From contig NC_042997.1 in assembly GCF_006345805.1 (NCBI RefSeq), forward strand, positions 197,284,001-197,348,000: a DNA stretch of 64,000 nucleotides. Direction: 5' to 3'. The notes under the pieces were generated by a model that saw only the letters and a list, made by a program, of their open reading frames with translations, did no database searches and was not told the DNA's origin. Position numbers and translations under genes: made by a program. The stretch's first letter is position 1. The number at the start of each line of letters is the position of its first letter. Origin of the DNA: Octopus sinensis. Taxonomy: Eukaryota. Shown here in pieces: positions 62,785-64,000 of the stretch.

Positions 62785-62914
62785 GAACTAGAACTGGAAC
62801 GAGATTGCGATCTTGAAGAACTTGAGCTTAGAGAACGTGACCAGCTTCCTTTTCTTTTCTTTTTATCAGATTTTGGACACGTTTCTTCAGCCCGATCTTT
62901 TCTTTTCTTTTCGT
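62785..62914 (-). CDS. ACIN1: Acinus most-5' exon in the window (DEKKRKDRAEETCPKSDKKKRKGSWSRSLSSSSSRSQSRSSSS)
   Basis: TTCTTAG acceptor, GTAAGT donor, phase 1/2 joins the 40837 exon (TC|G Ser) and continues the RS composition. Confidence 0.8.
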
Positions 62915-64000
62915 CTAAGAAATAAAAATAAACAAGTTTCCATCAACTTCTGGAAAGTCATAAGGTTAGGAAAACAAAAACTTTGTCATATTTTCTAACC
63001 AAGTAGCAAAAGAAAAAAATTAAAAGTTTTGGAGCATAAACCTTATAAATAAAATTTTAAATGTTATGGTATAAACAATACTGGCATATGTGCATCATTC
63101 ATCTACAAAGATAAAATCTATTCTGAGACCCTAATATAAAAACCATCTAAGTTACAATGATTTTCAGGCAACTTGTGTACATTTTGGGATTCTGTAGGTC
63201 TTTAATTCTACTGCCAACAGAATCAACAATAAATGTAAATATAATGTAAACACATACACCAATAAACATATTCATATACACAAATTTCTAATTAATTGTA
63301 GAGCACTGTCAGCAAATAAATGCCTTCAACAGACAAATTAAAATGAAATGTAGCATGAGGGTCATATATATCTGGATAAAAATTTGCGACCTGGGTAGTC
63401 TTTTAGATCACATGGACAATTCATCTGACAAGCATTCATACTGTTTCTGTTAACCCGATTTCAAATTCAAGAATTTGGTTGACATGGGACAACAGCAAAA
63501 GATATTAGCTCAAGATGCTACACAGGGAAATTGAAAGATTTTGATAGCAAAATTAATTTCTTAATCACACTTGCATATTTATATGCAGACCCAAAACAAA
63601 TGTGTGTGTAAATAATGGAAAAAACTCATGGATGTGTAATGTTAGCCAGCACAAAAGAACTGGAAGTAAAAAACTTACTGTAAAAGGAATAAGCTATGGC
63701 ATGCAAAATAGAAACCTGCACTAGTTACGTGTATGAAGGAGGGCAATGGGGTACACAGGTGCAAGCAATCAAATATGAAAAGATCCTATGAAAGAACTTC
63801 ATGAACTGTTTCATTTTTTTGCTTACATAAGCATAACCAGTAATGTCTTGCATGTGTCAGATAATATTCAATGAGGCAGATTTTCTATAGCCTGATGCTC
63901 TTATCACCACCTCTCACCTCTTTCCAAGCAAGGTTGCTCCTAATCTTTTGACCACAAGCAGCACAATGCCCAGGATTGTGTCCATGAAAGATTGCAAATA

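Larger units (their letters stand above)
20024..62914 (-). other. ACIN1: Acinus (apoptotic chromatin condensation inducer, ASAP/EJC component) gene span; 5' end outside the window; 14 coding exons
   Basis: Exons join in phase to 2129 nt; the RRM and RSB motif are recognisably Acinus. Confidence 0.95.

Overview
Eukaryotic, AT-rich, repeat-dense genomic DNA. The SINE and MITE families look like Octopus, which is my recognition and not a database result. One host gene is visible: the 3' part of Acinus (ACIN1) on the minus strand. I assembled 14 phase-compatible GT-AG coding exons from 62914 to the stop at 20024, about 708 codons. They encode an RS-rich block, the RKRKWG...ISTDSLKGLIP motif, the Acinus RRM, the RSB motif and an RE/RS tail; the 5' exons with the SAP domain lie beyond the window. 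The rest is introns and intergenic DNA filled with at least four SINE-like families, hAT, piggyBac, Merlin-like and mariner MITEs with intact target-site duplications (TSDs), and LINE remnants (Tx1/L1, RTE, CR1). There is also a full-length frameshifted mariner, Tc1 and pogo remnants, a 3.3-kb 34-bp satellite and simple repeats. The most notable observations are: (1) a G-U-rich long hairpin capped by a Type I hammerhead-like core in the large Acinus intron; (2) a satellite whose monomer is 82% identical to an internal segment of the local SINE; (3) apparent loss of the Acinus caspase site (DELD to DEVS); (4) multimeric and inverted SINE arrays with shared TSDs.
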